Positions 17,700-27,588 are shown, counted from the stretch's first letter. The stretch: DNA of 64,000 nucleotides from an uncultured Acidobacteriota bacterium (GCA_963700145.1 OY969474.1:2272001-2336000), one strand, 5' to 3'. Translations and numbers: made by a program. The notes: generated by a model not told the origin, from the letters alone.

Positions 17700-18731
17700 T
17701 TAATGAGCGGCGAGGGCCTGAATGCGGCGGTTGACGACGGGGGCGAGGGCGCGCACCTGTTCCATCAGCTCCTCGAGCTGCTCGGGGAGGATCGCCTGGT
17801 TGCCGTCGGAGAGGGCCTCGGCCGGGCGGTCGTGGACTTCGACGATCAGGCCGTCCGCCCCGACCGCCACGGCGGCGCGCGACAGCGGCAGGACCTTCTG
17901 CGCCGAGCCGGCGGCGTGGCTGGGGTCGGCGATGATCGGCAGGTGGCTGATGCGCTTGACGGCGCAGATCGCCGCCACGTCGAGCGTGTTGCGGCTGTGG
18001 TCGGCGAAGGTGCGGATGCCGCGCTCGCAGAGGATGACGTCGGGGTTGCCTTGGTCGAGGATGTACTCGGCGGCCAGCAGCAGCTCGGTCACCGTCGCCG
18101 TCATGCCGCGCTTGAGCAGCACCGGCCGGCCGCAGCGGCCGGCGTGCTTGAGGAGGGTGTAGTTCTGCATGTTGCGGGCGCCGATCTGGACGATGTCGGC
18201 GTGCTCGGCGACGGCGGGCAGGACGTCGATGTCGGTCGCCTCGCTGACCACCGGCAGACCGGTCTCCTCGCGCACGCGGGCGAGGATGCGCAGCCCCTCG
18301 ACGCCGAGGCCCTGGAAGGCGTAGGGGCTGGTGCGCGGCTTGTAGGCGCCGCCGCGCAGGACGTGCGCGCCGGCGGCCTTCACGCGGCGGGCGATGCGCA
18401 GCGTCTGCTCGTGGCTCTCGACCGAGCAGGGGCCGGCCATGACCACCAGTTCGGGGCCGCCGATGGCGGCGCCGCCGACCTGGACGACCGTGTCGTCCGG
18501 GCGGAACTCGCGCGACACCAGCTTGTAGGGGTGGCTGACCTGGATGACTTCGAGGACGCCGGGGAAGGCGTCGAAGACGCCGCGGTCGAGCGCCCCGACG
18601 TTGCCGGTGATGCCCACTGCCGTCCGCTGGGCGCCGGCGATCGGGTGCGCCTTGAGCCCCCGGCGCTCGACCTGCCGCACGACCGCGTCGATCTCGGCGG
18701 CCGTGGCGTCCATCTTCATCACGATCAGCAT
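17700..18731 (-). CDS. aroF: DAHP synthase, class I beta
   Basis: AGPCSVES, GGAYKPRTSPY, IGARNMQN, CERGIRTF, DPSH. Confidence 0.95.
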   Translation of the reverse strand: MLIVMKMDATAAEIDAVVRQVERRGLKAHPIAGAQRTAVGITGNVGALDRGVFDAFPGVLEVIQVSHPYKLVSREFRPDDTVVQVGGAAIGGPELVVMAGPCSVESHEQTLRIARRVKAAGAHVLRGGAYKPRTSPYAFQGLGVEGLRILARVREETGLPVVSEATDIDVLPAVAEHADIVQIGARNMQNYTLLKHAGRCGRPVLLKRGMTATVTELLLAAEYILDQGNPDVILCERGIRTFADHSRNTLDVAAICAVKRISHLPIIADPSHAAGSAQKVLPLSRAAVAVGADGLIVEVHDRPAEALSDGNQAILPEQLEELMEQVRALAPVVNRRIQALAAH

Positions 18732-18820
18732 TGACAGCCTCTTGACGAAGAAGGCCCCTACGCGGGGCCTGTCGGACGGGTATCATAGCCGAACTGCCGG
18801 CCTCGCCGAGGAGCTTCCCC

Positions 18821-19600
18821 ATGCCGCACCGCCGTGCCGCCGTTCTCGCCGCCGCCCTGCTGCTCGCCTTCGCGGCGACCGCCCAGGCCGCTTACACCAT
18901 CTACCTCAAGGACGGCTCGCGCCTGGTGGCGCAGAAGAAGTACGTGGTCGTCGGGGAACGGGCGGTCTTCACCGCCGAGAACGGCACCCGCAGCTTCGTC
19001 GCGGCCGCGGAGATCGACGTCGCGCGGACGGAGGAGGCGAACCGGCAGGGCTACGGCAACGCCCAGGTGCTGCCCGACGAGGTCATCGAGGCGCCGGCGT
19101 CGCCGCCCAAGCGGCGGACCTCGCTGACCGACCTGGCGAAGCGGACCGCGCCGGCAGCCCCGGGTGCCCCGACCGCCCGGCGCGAGGCTGCGCGGCCGGA
19201 GGTCGCCTCGCCCAAGACCGGCACCGGCGCGGTCGATTTCATGGCCCGCGAACGGCGGCCGTACCCGAACCTGGAGGTCGCCTCCGAGCTGCTCGAGCTC
19301 TACCGCGGCCAGGGTGTGGAGGAGGTGCAGCTCTTCGCCGGCACCCGCGCCGACCGGCCGCTGGTCGAGATCACCACCGCCTCCGAGGCCTCGGTCCTCC
19401 AGGCCCTGACCGCCAGCGCCGACGCCCTCCTCCAGCTCCGCCGGCGCCACCCCGGCAAGGTCGCCGCCCTCGAGCTCCTGATGGCCACCCCCGCCCGCGA
19501 GCGGGCCGGGCAGTTCGTGCTGACGCCGGACCTGGCGGAGGAGCTGGCGGCGAAGAGGGTCGAGGTGACGGCGTTCTTCGTGCGCAACGTGCAGTTCTGA
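18821..19600 (+). CDS. Hypothetical exported protein
   Basis: Signal peptide ending AQA, YTIYLKDG N-terminal domain, host-like codon usage. Confidence 0.7.
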   Translation: MPHRRAAVLAAALLLAFAATAQAAYTIYLKDGSRLVAQKKYVVVGERAVFTAENGTRSFVAAAEIDVARTEEANRQGYGNAQVLPDEVIEAPASPPKRRTSLTDLAKRTAPAAPGAPTARREAARPEVASPKTGTGAVDFMARERRPYPNLEVASELLELYRGQGVEEVQLFAGTRADRPLVEITTASEASVLQALTASADALLQLRRRHPGKVAALELLMATPARERAGQFVLTPDLAEELAAKRVEVTAFFVRNVQF

Positions 19601-19615
19601 GGCGGCGGCGCCCTC

Positions 19616-20665
19616 TCAGTTCAGCCCCGCCTCGTACTCCCACGCCGTCTCCCCCACCGTCCCCTCGGCGAAGCGGACGTCCACGTACTCCGCGAACTCG
19701 ATCGGGCGGTCGAGGGTGCCGGCTTCGAGCATCAGGTCGCGGACGAGGTCGAAGTCCTGCTTGCGCGGCGAGAGGCGAGTGTAGACGACGCGCTCGAGGT
19801 CTCGGGTCAGCGCCCAGCGCAGCAGCTCCGGCGGCTGGTTGAAGTAGTAGCGGCCGACGAAGTCGGCGGCGTGCTCGCGGTGCGGGCGGCCCGCGTCGAG
19901 CCAGAGGCCGGAGCGGGCGATGCCGTCGACCAGGGTCTGCACCGCGGCGGGGCGGTTGTCGATGGCGTCCTGCCGCACCACCAGGACGCAGGACATGTAG
20001 TCCGGCCAGTAGCGGCGCGCCGGGAAGAGGACGCGCCCGAAGCCCATCATCTCGCTCTGCGACGGGAAGGGCTCGCCCATCGAGAAGGCGTCGACGGCGC
20101 CGGCGGCGAGCGCCCCGGCGACGTCGGGGGGCGCCATCTCGAGGAAGCGCACGTCCTCGGCGTCGAGCCCCTCGATCTTCAACGCCCGGCGAATGATCAG
20201 GTACTCGTCGGAGAAGCGGCTGGGGATCGCCACCGTCCTCCCCACCAGGTCGCGCACGCTCCGCACCGGGCCGTCCTTCTGCACCACGACGGCGCTGCCG
20301 TAGCGGTGGCCCAGGTAGACGATCTTGATCGGCACGCCCTGCGCCCGCAGGGCCATCGCCATCGGTGCGACCATGAAGCCCGCCTGCATCCGGTTCCCGA
20401 TCAGCGCTTCCTTGATCTCCGGGAACCCCTGGAACTTCCTGGGGATGAAGCTGTTCTCCCCCAGGGAGTGACGGGCGATGTAGTCCGTCACCGGGCAGGT
20501 GAGGTGTCAGGTGACGGGGATGTAGGCGACGTAGAACTTGCGCTTGTCGAGCGGCTGGCGGTCGTTGAGCGCCACCGACCAGTCGACGTTGAGCGCCAGG
20601 TGCGCGCCGGTCACCAGCGCGGCCCAGCCGGCCACCGCCGCGAAGATCCTCTTGCCGGTCGCCAT
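19616..20665 (-). CDS. NitT/TauT-family ABC substrate-binding protein with in-frame TGA (candidate selenocysteine at codon 53)
   Basis: ATG 20665 with N-terminal TM is in frame with ORF 19616..20491; the only interruption is TGA at 20507-20509 in YIPVT*HLTCPV. Confidence 0.8.
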
Positions 20666-20677
20666 CGCGTCACCCCC

Positions 20678-21439
20678 TCAATCGGCGCGGAAGCCCCAGC
20701 GCACCGCCGGCAGCCGCTCGACGCGGCGGGCCAGGAGGTCGAGCGTCAACCCGATCGCCCCGATCACCGCCATCGCCGCCACCACCAGGTCGTAGCGCTT
20801 GCCGGCGTTGCGGGCGTCGATCACCAGGTACCCGAGCCCCGACTCGATGCCGCTCATCTCCGCCGCCACCACCACCAGCCAGGCGACGCCGAGGGCGATG
20901 CGCAGCCCGACCAGCACCTGCGGCAGGGCGGCGGGGAAGACGACGCGGGCCAGGACAGCCGGCGGCGAGAGGCCGAAGTTGCGGCCGGCCAGGAGCACCA
21001 TCGGCGGCAGGCTGCGGACGCCGTTCATCGTCGCCACGGCGATCGGGAAGAGGGCGGCGAGGAAGATCAGGAAGACCGCCGCGCCGTCGCCGACCTTGAA
21101 GAGCACGATCGCCACCGGGATCCAGGCGATCGGGCTGATCGGCCGCAGCACCTGGACGACCGGGTTGAGCGCCCGCGCCGCGCCGGCGCTCCATCCCATG
21201 AGCATGCCCAGCGGGACGCCGACGACGAGGGCCAAGAGATACCCCGAGCCGACGCGCAGGAGCGACCGCGCGACCGCCGGCGCCAGGACGCCGTTGCGCG
21301 CCAGCTCGGCGAGCGCCGCGACGACGTCGCCCGGCGCCGGGAAGACCGTGGCGCCGCTCCAGCGCACGGCGAGTTGCCAGAGGGCGACGAGCGCCGCCGC
21401 CGTCGCGAGGGGCAGGAGGAGCGCCGCCGGCCGCCTCAT
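20678..21439 (-). CDS. ABC transporter permease, NitT/TauT family
   Basis: LRPISPIAWIP, VVVAAEM, GLGYL. Confidence 0.92.
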   Translation of the reverse strand: MRRPAALLLPLATAAALVALWQLAVRWSGATVFPAPGDVVAALAELARNGVLAPAVARSLLRVGSGYLLALVVGVPLGMLMGWSAGAARALNPVVQVLRPISPIAWIPVAIVLFKVGDGAAVFLIFLAALFPIAVATMNGVRSLPPMVLLAGRNFGLSPPAVLARVVFPAALPQVLVGLRIALGVAWLVVVAAEMSGIESGLGYLVIDARNAGKRYDLVVAAMAVIGAIGLTLDLLARRVERLPAVRWGFRAD

Positions 21440-22215
21440 ACCTTGTGCGGCATCCCGATCGCCTCGAAGATGCTGTCGCGCACCTCGAGGTAGCGGCGGG
21501 CCGAGAGGTCGCGCGGGTGCGGGATGCCGACCTCGACGACGCGGCGGATCGTCGCCGGGCGCTGCGACATGACGACGACGCGGTCGGCGAGCTGCACCGA
21601 TTCCTCGACGTCGTGGGTGACGAAGAGGATCGTCTTGCGCTCCGCCTCCCAGATGCGCAGCAGCTCGCGGCGCAGGGTCAGCCGGGTGAGCGAGTCGAGG
21701 GCGCCGAACGGCTCGTCGAGGTAGAGGACGTCGGGGTCGACCGCCAGCGCCCGCGCCACCTCGACGCGCTGCTTCATGCCGCCGGAGAGCTCGTGCGGGT
21801 AGGCGCCCTCGAACCCCTCGAGGCCGACCAGCTCGACGTAGTGGCGGATGCGCTCGGCGCGCTCGGCGGCCGGCAGGCGCCCGAGGCCGAAGCCGATGTT
21901 GCCTTCGACGGTGAGCCAGGGGAAGACGCCGCGCTCCTGGAAGACGAAGATGCGGCGCGGGTCGGGCCCGGCGACCTCCTCGCCGTCGATCGCGATCGAG
22001 CCCGCCGTCGGGCGCAGGAAACCGCCGACGAGGTTCAAGAGCGTCGACTTGCCGCACCCCGAGGGGCCGAGCAGGCAGACGAGCTCCCCCTCGCGCACCT
22101 CGAGGTCGATGTCGCGTAGCACCTCGACGCGCTTGCCGTCGGCCTCGAAGGTCATCGAGAGACCGGCGATCCGCACCTTGACCGGCCGCGCGTCCGGCCG
22201 CGGGACGGGCATCAT
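21436..22215 (-). CDS. ABC transporter ATP-binding protein, NitT/TauT family
   Basis: GPSGCGKST, LSGGMKQR, DEPFGALD, VTHD. Confidence 0.95.
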   Translation of the reverse strand: MMPVPRPDARPVKVRIAGLSMTFEADGKRVEVLRDIDLEVREGELVCLLGPSGCGKSTLLNLVGGFLRPTAGSIAIDGEEVAGPDPRRIFVFQERGVFPWLTVEGNIGFGLGRLPAAERAERIRHYVELVGLEGFEGAYPHELSGGMKQRVEVARALAVDPDVLYLDEPFGALDSLTRLTLRRELLRIWEAERKTILFVTHDVEESVQLADRVVVMSQRPATIRRVVEVGIPHPRDLSARRYLEVRDSIFEAIGMPHKV

Positions 22216-22982
22216 GCGCGGGCCTCCGCATAGCCCCAGCGCAGGGCCGGCAGGCGCTCCAGGCGGCGGATCGCGGCGTCGAGCGCCAGGCCGACGAGGC
22301 CGATCAGCGCCATCCCAGCGACCACCAAGTCGTAGCGGTTGCCGGCGTTGCGCGCGTCCACGATCAGGAAGCCGAGCCCGGAGTTGACGGCGATCATCTC
22401 CGCCGCCACCACGACCAGCCAGGCGATGCCCAGGGCGAGCCGCAGCGCGACGAGGAGCTGCGGCAGGACGGCGGGCAGCACGACCTTGCGCACCAGGTCG
22501 GCCGGCGGCAGCCGGAAGTTGCGCCCGGCCTGGAGGTGCACGCCCGAGATGTTGCGCACAGCGTGGCTCGCGGCCATCGCCAGCGGCAGGAAGGAGGCGA
22601 GGAAGATGATGAAGACGGCGGCCAGGTCGCCGACGCCGAACCAGAGGATCGAGATCGGGATCCAGGCGAGCGGCGAGATCGGCCGCAGCACTTCGAGGAG
22701 CGGCCCCACCGCGAGCTGCCCGCGCCGCCGCCAGCCGAGGAGGAGCCCGAAGGGCACGGCGAGGACGACGGCCGCCAGGTACCCCCAGGTGACGCGGAAG
22801 AGCGAGGCCACCAAGTGCTTGACGAGGAGCCCGTTGGCGGCCAGCTCGCCGAGCGCGCGGGCGACCGCCGCCGGGCCGGGGAGGAGGCGCTCGCCGGAGA
22901 GGCGGATCGCCAGGTCCCACAGCAGAACGAGGGCCGCCAAGCCAGAAAGCGCCAGCAGGCGGACGGCGAGCTCCCGCCTCAA
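22212..22982 (-). CDS. ABC transporter permease, NitT/TauT family (second paralog)
   Basis: LRPISPLAWIP, VVVAAEM, GLGFL. Confidence 0.92.
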   Translation of the reverse strand: MRRELAVRLLALSGLAALVLLWDLAIRLSGERLLPGPAAVARALGELAANGLLVKHLVASLFRVTWGYLAAVVLAVPFGLLLGWRRRGQLAVGPLLEVLRPISPLAWIPISILWFGVGDLAAVFIIFLASFLPLAMAASHAVRNISGVHLQAGRNFRLPPADLVRKVVLPAVLPQLLVALRLALGIAWLVVVAAEMIAVNSGLGFLIVDARNAGNRYDLVVAGMALIGLVGLALDAAIRRLERLPALRWGYAEARA

Positions 22983-23317
22983 GACGGCACCTCGGCCGTC
23001 TCCCCCTCCTCGTCCCCGATCCCGAGGTAGCGCTCGACCGCCACGCCGACGCGCCGCGCGAAGCGCTGCTTGTAGCTCTCGACCTCCCCGACCGGCTCGT
23101 CGAGGAAGATCCGCTCGACCCGGAAGAGCGGCGCGAACATCGTCGAGAGCCCGAGGTTCCTCTCGCCGCGCGCCGCCTCCCCCATCCAGTCGTCGAAGCT
23201 CGAGAGGTTGATGCCGCGCAACGTCACCCCGACCAGCTCCAGCCCTTCGAGCACCCCCCAGAACTTCTCCGTCGGGTTGCTCAGGTGGACGATGACGATC
23301 GAGCCGCGCGGGATCAC
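22979..23317 (-). CDS. Conserved hypothetical protein, possible Sm-like fold
   Basis: Coupled by 4-bp overlaps on both sides; PTEKFWG, FAPLFRVERIFLD. Confidence 0.7.
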   Translation of the reverse strand: MIPRGSIVIVHLSNPTEKFWGVLEGLELVGVTLRGINLSSFDDWMGEAARGERNLGLSTMFAPLFRVERIFLDEPVGEVESYKQRFARRVGVAVERYLGIGDEEGETAEVPS

Positions 23318-23769
23318 GGGATCTCCTCGTCGAGGGCGGCGGCGGGGGCGCCGCCGTCGGTTTCCTCCTCGGTCCCCGGCTGCGAGAGCTCGAGGAGCAC
23401 CCCGCCCGTCGAGCGCGGATGGACGAACTGCACCCAGCAGCCGCCGGCGCCGCGCGTGGGCGCGGGGCGGAGCACCTGGAAGCCGCCGGCGCGGAGGCGC
23501 GCGTCGTCGCCGGCCAGGTCGTCGCTGCCGAGACAGACGTGGTGGATGCCGGGGCCGCGCTTCTCCAGGAAGCGGGCGATCGGCGAGTCGGGCCCGAGCG
23601 GCTCGAGGAGCTCGATCAGGCTCTCGCCGCAGGGGATGAGCGCCACGCGCACGCCCTCCTCCGGCACCTCCTCGATCGCCGTGACGGCGAGCCCCAGCGC
23701 CTCGTAGAGCGCGCGCCCCTCGGCGATCGAGCGGACGGCGATGCCGAGGTGGTCGATCTTGCGGATCAC
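23314..23769 (-). CDS. mce: Methylmalonyl-CoA epimerase
   Basis: IDHLGIAV, IELLEP, GPGIHH, FVHP..TGGVLLEL. Confidence 0.92.
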   Translation of the reverse strand: MIRKIDHLGIAVRSIAEGRALYEALGLAVTAIEEVPEEGVRVALIPCGESLIELLEPLGPDSPIARFLEKRGPGIHHVCLGSDDLAGDDARLRAGGFQVLRPAPTRGAGGCWVQFVHPRSTGGVLLELSQPGTEEETDGGAPAAALDEEIP

Positions 23770-24761
23770 GTCTGCCCCTCGGCCGGCGCGCCTTCCAGAA
23801 CCCCGGTGAACAGCCGCTCGGCGACGCGGTAGGGGTCGAGCCGGTCGGCGAAGCCGCGCTCGACCTCGCGCTCGACGCCGAGCGTCTGGTCGGCGGCGCG
23901 CAGCACCCGCTCCTTCAGGATCGCCTCGACGCGCAGCCGCAGGTGCGCCTGCCGCCGCTTCTCCAGCTCGCCGCTTCCCGCCAGCCAGGCGCGGTGCCGC
24001 TCCACTTCTTCCAACACCTGCGGCACCCCCTCGTCGCGGCTCGCCACCGTGCGCACGATCGGCGGGTGCCATGCGGCCGCGCCGCTGCCGTCGTCCTCGG
24101 CCAAGTGGAGCATGAAGCGGAGGTCCTTCTCGGTGCGGTCCGCGCCGTCGCGGTCGGCCTTGTTGAGGACGAAGACGTCGGCAATCTCCATCAGCCCGGC
24201 CTTGATCGCCTGGATGTCGTCGCCGAGGCCGGGGATGGTGACGACGACCACCGTCTCGACGCTGCGCACCACGTCCACCTCGTCCTGCCCCACGCCCACC
24301 GTCTCGACCAGCACCCAGTCGAAGCCGGCGGCGTCGAGGACGTCCACGGCGTCGTGGGTGGCGCGGGCGAGGCCGCCCATCGCGCCGCGCGTCGCCATCG
24401 AGCGGATGAAGACGCCGGGGTCGGTGTAGAGCTTCTGCATGCGGATGCGGTCGCCCAGGAGGGCGCCGCCGGTGTAGGGGCTGGTCGGGTCCACGGCGAG
24501 GATGCCGACCGTCTCGCCGCGGGCGCGGACGAGGCGGGCGAGGCGGTCGACGAGGGTGCTCTTGCCGGCGCCCGGCGGGCCGGTGACGCCGACGACGCGC
24601 GCCCGGCCCGTCTTGCCGTAGACGCGGCCGATCAGCTCGCGCTGCGCGGCGCCGCCGTCCTCGGCCAGCGAGATGGCGCGCGCCACCGCCCGCGGCTCGC
24701 GCGCCAGCAGGCGCGGCACGAGCGCGTCGAGCGCCGCCTCGCGCGCCGCCACCGCCGTCAA
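23766..24761 (-). CDS. meaB: Methylmalonyl-CoA mutase-associated GTPase
   Basis: GPPGAGKST, AVDPTS, LGDRIRM, ETVGVGQ, NKAD. Confidence 0.95.
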   Translation of the reverse strand: MTAVAAREAALDALVPRLLAREPRAVARAISLAEDGGAAQRELIGRVYGKTGRARVVGVTGPPGAGKSTLVDRLARLVRARGETVGILAVDPTSPYTGGALLGDRIRMQKLYTDPGVFIRSMATRGAMGGLARATHDAVDVLDAAGFDWVLVETVGVGQDEVDVVRSVETVVVVTIPGLGDDIQAIKAGLMEIADVFVLNKADRDGADRTEKDLRFMLHLAEDDGSGAAAWHPPIVRTVASRDEGVPQVLEEVERHRAWLAGSGELEKRRQAHLRLRVEAILKERVLRAADQTLGVEREVERGFADRLDPYRVAERLFTGVLEGAPAEGQT

Positions 24762-25906
24762 CCCTTCTTCAGGAGCTGGCGGGCGATGACCAGGCGCTGG
24801 ATCTCGCTCGTCCCCTCGCCGATCGTGCAGATCTTGCAGTCGCGGAAGTACTTCTCGGCGCGGTAGTCCTTGATGAAGCCGTAGCCGCCGTGGATCTGCA
24901 CGCCGCGCTCGGCGCAGAAGACCGCGGCCTCGCCGGCGTAGAGCTTGGCCTCGGAGGCGAGGCGCGTCACCTTCTGGCCGCGGTCGAGCGCCTCGGCGGC
25001 GGCGTAGGTCAGGATCTCGGCGGCGGCGATGCGCGTGGCCATCTCGGCGAGCGCGAACTGAATCGCCTGAAACGACGCGATCGGCTGGCCGAACTGCTCG
25101 CGCTCCTTGGCGTAGGCGACCGAGGCGTCGAAGGCGCCGATCGCAGTGCCGAGGCCGAGCGCGGCGATCGAGATACGGCCGCCGTCGAGGATCTCCATCG
25201 CCTGGCGGAAGCCCTCGCCGGGCGCGCCGAGGAGGCGGTCCTCGCCGACGAAGCAGTCCTCCATCACCACCTCGGCGGTGTCGGAGGCGCGGATGCCGAG
25301 CTTGTTCTCCTTCTTGCCCGGGCGGAAGCCGTCCATCCCCTTGTCGAGGACGAAGGCGGAGATGTTGCGGTTGCGGGGGCCGTCCGGGTCGGTGACCGCG
25401 AAGACGACGCAGACGTCGCCCACCGAGCCGTGGGTGGTGAAGGTCTTGGCGCCGTTGAGCACCCAGCCGCCGTCGCGCCGCTCCGCGCGGGTGCGAGTGC
25501 CGGCGGCGTCGGAGCCGGCGCCCGGCTCGGTCAGGCTCCAGGCGCCGATCTTCTCCCCCTTAGCCAGCGGCGTCAGCCAGCGGCGCCGCTGCTCCTCGGT
25601 GCCGAAGCGGTAGATGTGGTTGCTGCAGAGTGAGTTGTGGGCGGCGACGCTGATCCCGACCGAAGGGTCCACCTTGGACAGCTCGGTGACAACGATCACG
25701 TACTCGACGTACCCCAGCCCCGCGCCGCCGTACTCCTCGGGGAAGAGCACGCCGAGGAAGCCGAGCTCCCCGGCCTTGGCCATCACCTCGCGCGGGAAGC
25801 GCTGGCTCTCATCGATCTCGTCGACGAGCGGATCCACCTCCTGCCGCGCGAACTCCCGCGCCGTCTCCTGGATGGCGCGCTGCTCCGGCGTGAACGAGAA
25901 GTCCAA
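24758..25906 (-). CDS. Acyl-CoA dehydrogenase
   Basis: LTEPGAGSD, KLGIRAS, REQFG, GGYG, IGEGTSEIQ; probable TTG start at 25906. Confidence 0.93.
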   Translation of the reverse strand: MDFSFTPEQRAIQETAREFARQEVDPLVDEIDESQRFPREVMAKAGELGFLGVLFPEEYGGAGLGYVEYVIVVTELSKVDPSVGISVAAHNSLCSNHIYRFGTEEQRRRWLTPLAKGEKIGAWSLTEPGAGSDAAGTRTRAERRDGGWVLNGAKTFTTHGSVGDVCVVFAVTDPDGPRNRNISAFVLDKGMDGFRPGKKENKLGIRASDTAEVVMEDCFVGEDRLLGAPGEGFRQAMEILDGGRISIAALGLGTAIGAFDASVAYAKEREQFGQPIASFQAIQFALAEMATRIAAAEILTYAAAEALDRGQKVTRLASEAKLYAGEAAVFCAERGVQIHGGYGFIKDYRAEKYFRDCKICTIGEGTSEIQRLVIARQLLKKG

Positions 25907-26107
25907 GTGGGTCCCTTTCCGAGTCGTCGGATGGTATCGCGGCGGTGTCCGAGGGAGCAAAAGGCGCTTCCCGCCAGTAGTCTCCAGTTCTTGAGCTTCT
26001 CTCCGAGCCATGTCTCGGGCACGGCGGTTACCTCCTTGGGTGGGTCGGTTGGTGAAGCATGGCTCCGGGGGGTTCCCGGAGAGGTGGGAGATCCGGTCGG
26101 GACGGCT

Positions 26108-26338
26108 CCGGATAAGGGAACGCGACGCCCGGATAGATCCGCGCGACGGCCGGATACATCCGCGGCGCGTCCGGATACATCCGCGGGCCGTCCGGATACA
26201 TCCGCGGCGCTTCCGGATCGATCCGCGCCGCTTCCGGACATATCCTCGACACTTCCGGATACATCCGCGGGAGCTCCGGATATGTCCGCCGCGCCTCCGG
26301 ATAGATCCGCCGCGCTGCCGAATACATCCCCAGGCCTT
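26108..26338. repeat. Degenerate 21-bp tandem array with palindromic core CGGA-N4-TCCG
   Basis: About 11 units, consensus CCGGATACATCCGCGGCGCNT. Confidence 0.85.
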
Positions 26339-26411
26339 GGGAAGGCGTCCGGAGACCTCTAGGCGACCTCCGGAGAGGACGCGCGGGGGTCTTCCGCCGC
26401 CGCGGGGTCAT

Positions 26412-26486
26412 TTACGCCACCTTCTCCAGCTCCGCCGCGAGCTCCAGCTCCTCCGGAGTCAGGGCGCGAAGGTGCGCGGCCCAAAG
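26412..26486 (-). pseudogene. Possible truncated 3' gene remnant at the islet border
   Basis: LWAAHLRALTPEELELAAELEKVA* with host-like codons and no start codon (TAG immediately upstream). Confidence 0.3.
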
Positions 26487-26525
26487 CTATGATGCCCGCC
26501 TTCTGCCAACAGGGAGGGCGAGCGG

Positions 26526-27545
26526 ATGACCGTCGCTGACGCGATCGCGCAGTTCCTCTTCCACTGCCGCTACGAGAAGAACCTCAGCCCCAAGACCCTA
26601 AAGGCCTACGGCATCGACCTCCGGCAGTTCGCCGAGCACCTGGCGAGCCGCCAGCCCGCTCCGGAGGCGATCGAAGCGGTAGACAAGACGGCGCTGCGCG
26701 AGTTCATCCGCGAGCTCTTCGGCCGCTTGGCCGAGAAGAGCGTCAAGCGGAAGGTCGCGACGCTCAAGGCGCTGTACCATTTCCTTGAGCGGGAGGACGT
26801 ACTGGCCGCAAGCCCGTTCCGCAAGATGGATGTCCGCATCAAGGCCACACGCCGGCTGCCGAGGACTGTGGCGTTGACCGACCTCCGGCGCCTGTTTGCG
26901 CACCTCTACCGCGAGAAAGCGCGGCATCCCAACTGCAAGTCCCAGGCATACCGGGAACTCGTGCGGGACATGGCCGTCTTGGAGGTACTCTTCGGGACAG
27001 GAGCTCGGGTGTCCGAGGTATGCAGTCTTACTGCCGACGCGGTGGACCTTCGTAGAGGTCGCATTCGATTCCTAGGCAAGGGCGCGAAGGAACGAATACT
27101 GCGGCTCTCTGATCCTGAGGCCCTTGCTACGCTCCGCGACTATTCCTGCCTCTGGGCCGTGGAGGTAGCAACCAATGGTTATTTCTTTCATAATCGCCTG
27201 GGACGACGGCTCTCCGAGCAATCCGCGCGGACAATGCTGTGCAAGCACGTCTGCGCCTCCGGCCTTCGACTCCACATGACTCCGCATATGCTCCGGCATT
27301 CAGTCGCTACTCTCTTGCTGGAGGAAGGCGTAGATATCAGGTATATCCAGCACCTGCTTGGCCACAGCTCTCTCTTGACAACCCAGCTTTACACCCAGGT
27401 CTCAGAGCAGCCTTATCACCAGATCCTCGCCTCCAACCATCCCCGGCGCCATCTCCGCACCGCGCCACCTAGAGTACAAGCATCCTCGACGAGCCTGCCG
27501 ACTGCCTCCTGTCATCCACGTCGCTTGCATAGTTCCTCACCTTGA
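26526..27545 (+). CDS. Tyrosine recombinase/integrase, XerC/D-like
   Basis: TGARVSE (R), GKG.KER (K), HMLRHS (HxxR), LLGH, TTQLY (Y); GGAGG RBS. Confidence 0.93.
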   Translation: MTVADAIAQFLFHCRYEKNLSPKTLKAYGIDLRQFAEHLASRQPAPEAIEAVDKTALREFIRELFGRLAEKSVKRKVATLKALYHFLEREDVLAASPFRKMDVRIKATRRLPRTVALTDLRRLFAHLYREKARHPNCKSQAYRELVRDMAVLEVLFGTGARVSEVCSLTADAVDLRRGRIRFLGKGAKERILRLSDPEALATLRDYSCLWAVEVATNGYFFHNRLGRRLSEQSARTMLCKHVCASGLRLHMTPHMLRHSVATLLLEEGVDIRYIQHLLGHSSLLTTQLYTQVSEQPYHQILASNHPRRHLRTAPPRVQASSTSLPTASCHPRRLHSSSP

Positions 27546-27588
27546 GCTAGACTTTGACCAACTACTGTACTCGGATCGACTCTGGCTA

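Noticed and set aside
20507-20509. Genome-wide TGA reassignment (genetic code 4 or 25)
   Set aside because: TGA is the normal stop for many genes here (carA, meaB, dnaK, deoC neighbours)
26108-26338. CRISPR array interpretation of the 21-bp arrays (also 8425-8655 and 52386-52718)
   Set aside because: Period is only 21 bp, units are degenerate, there are no unique ~30-bp spacers and no cas genes
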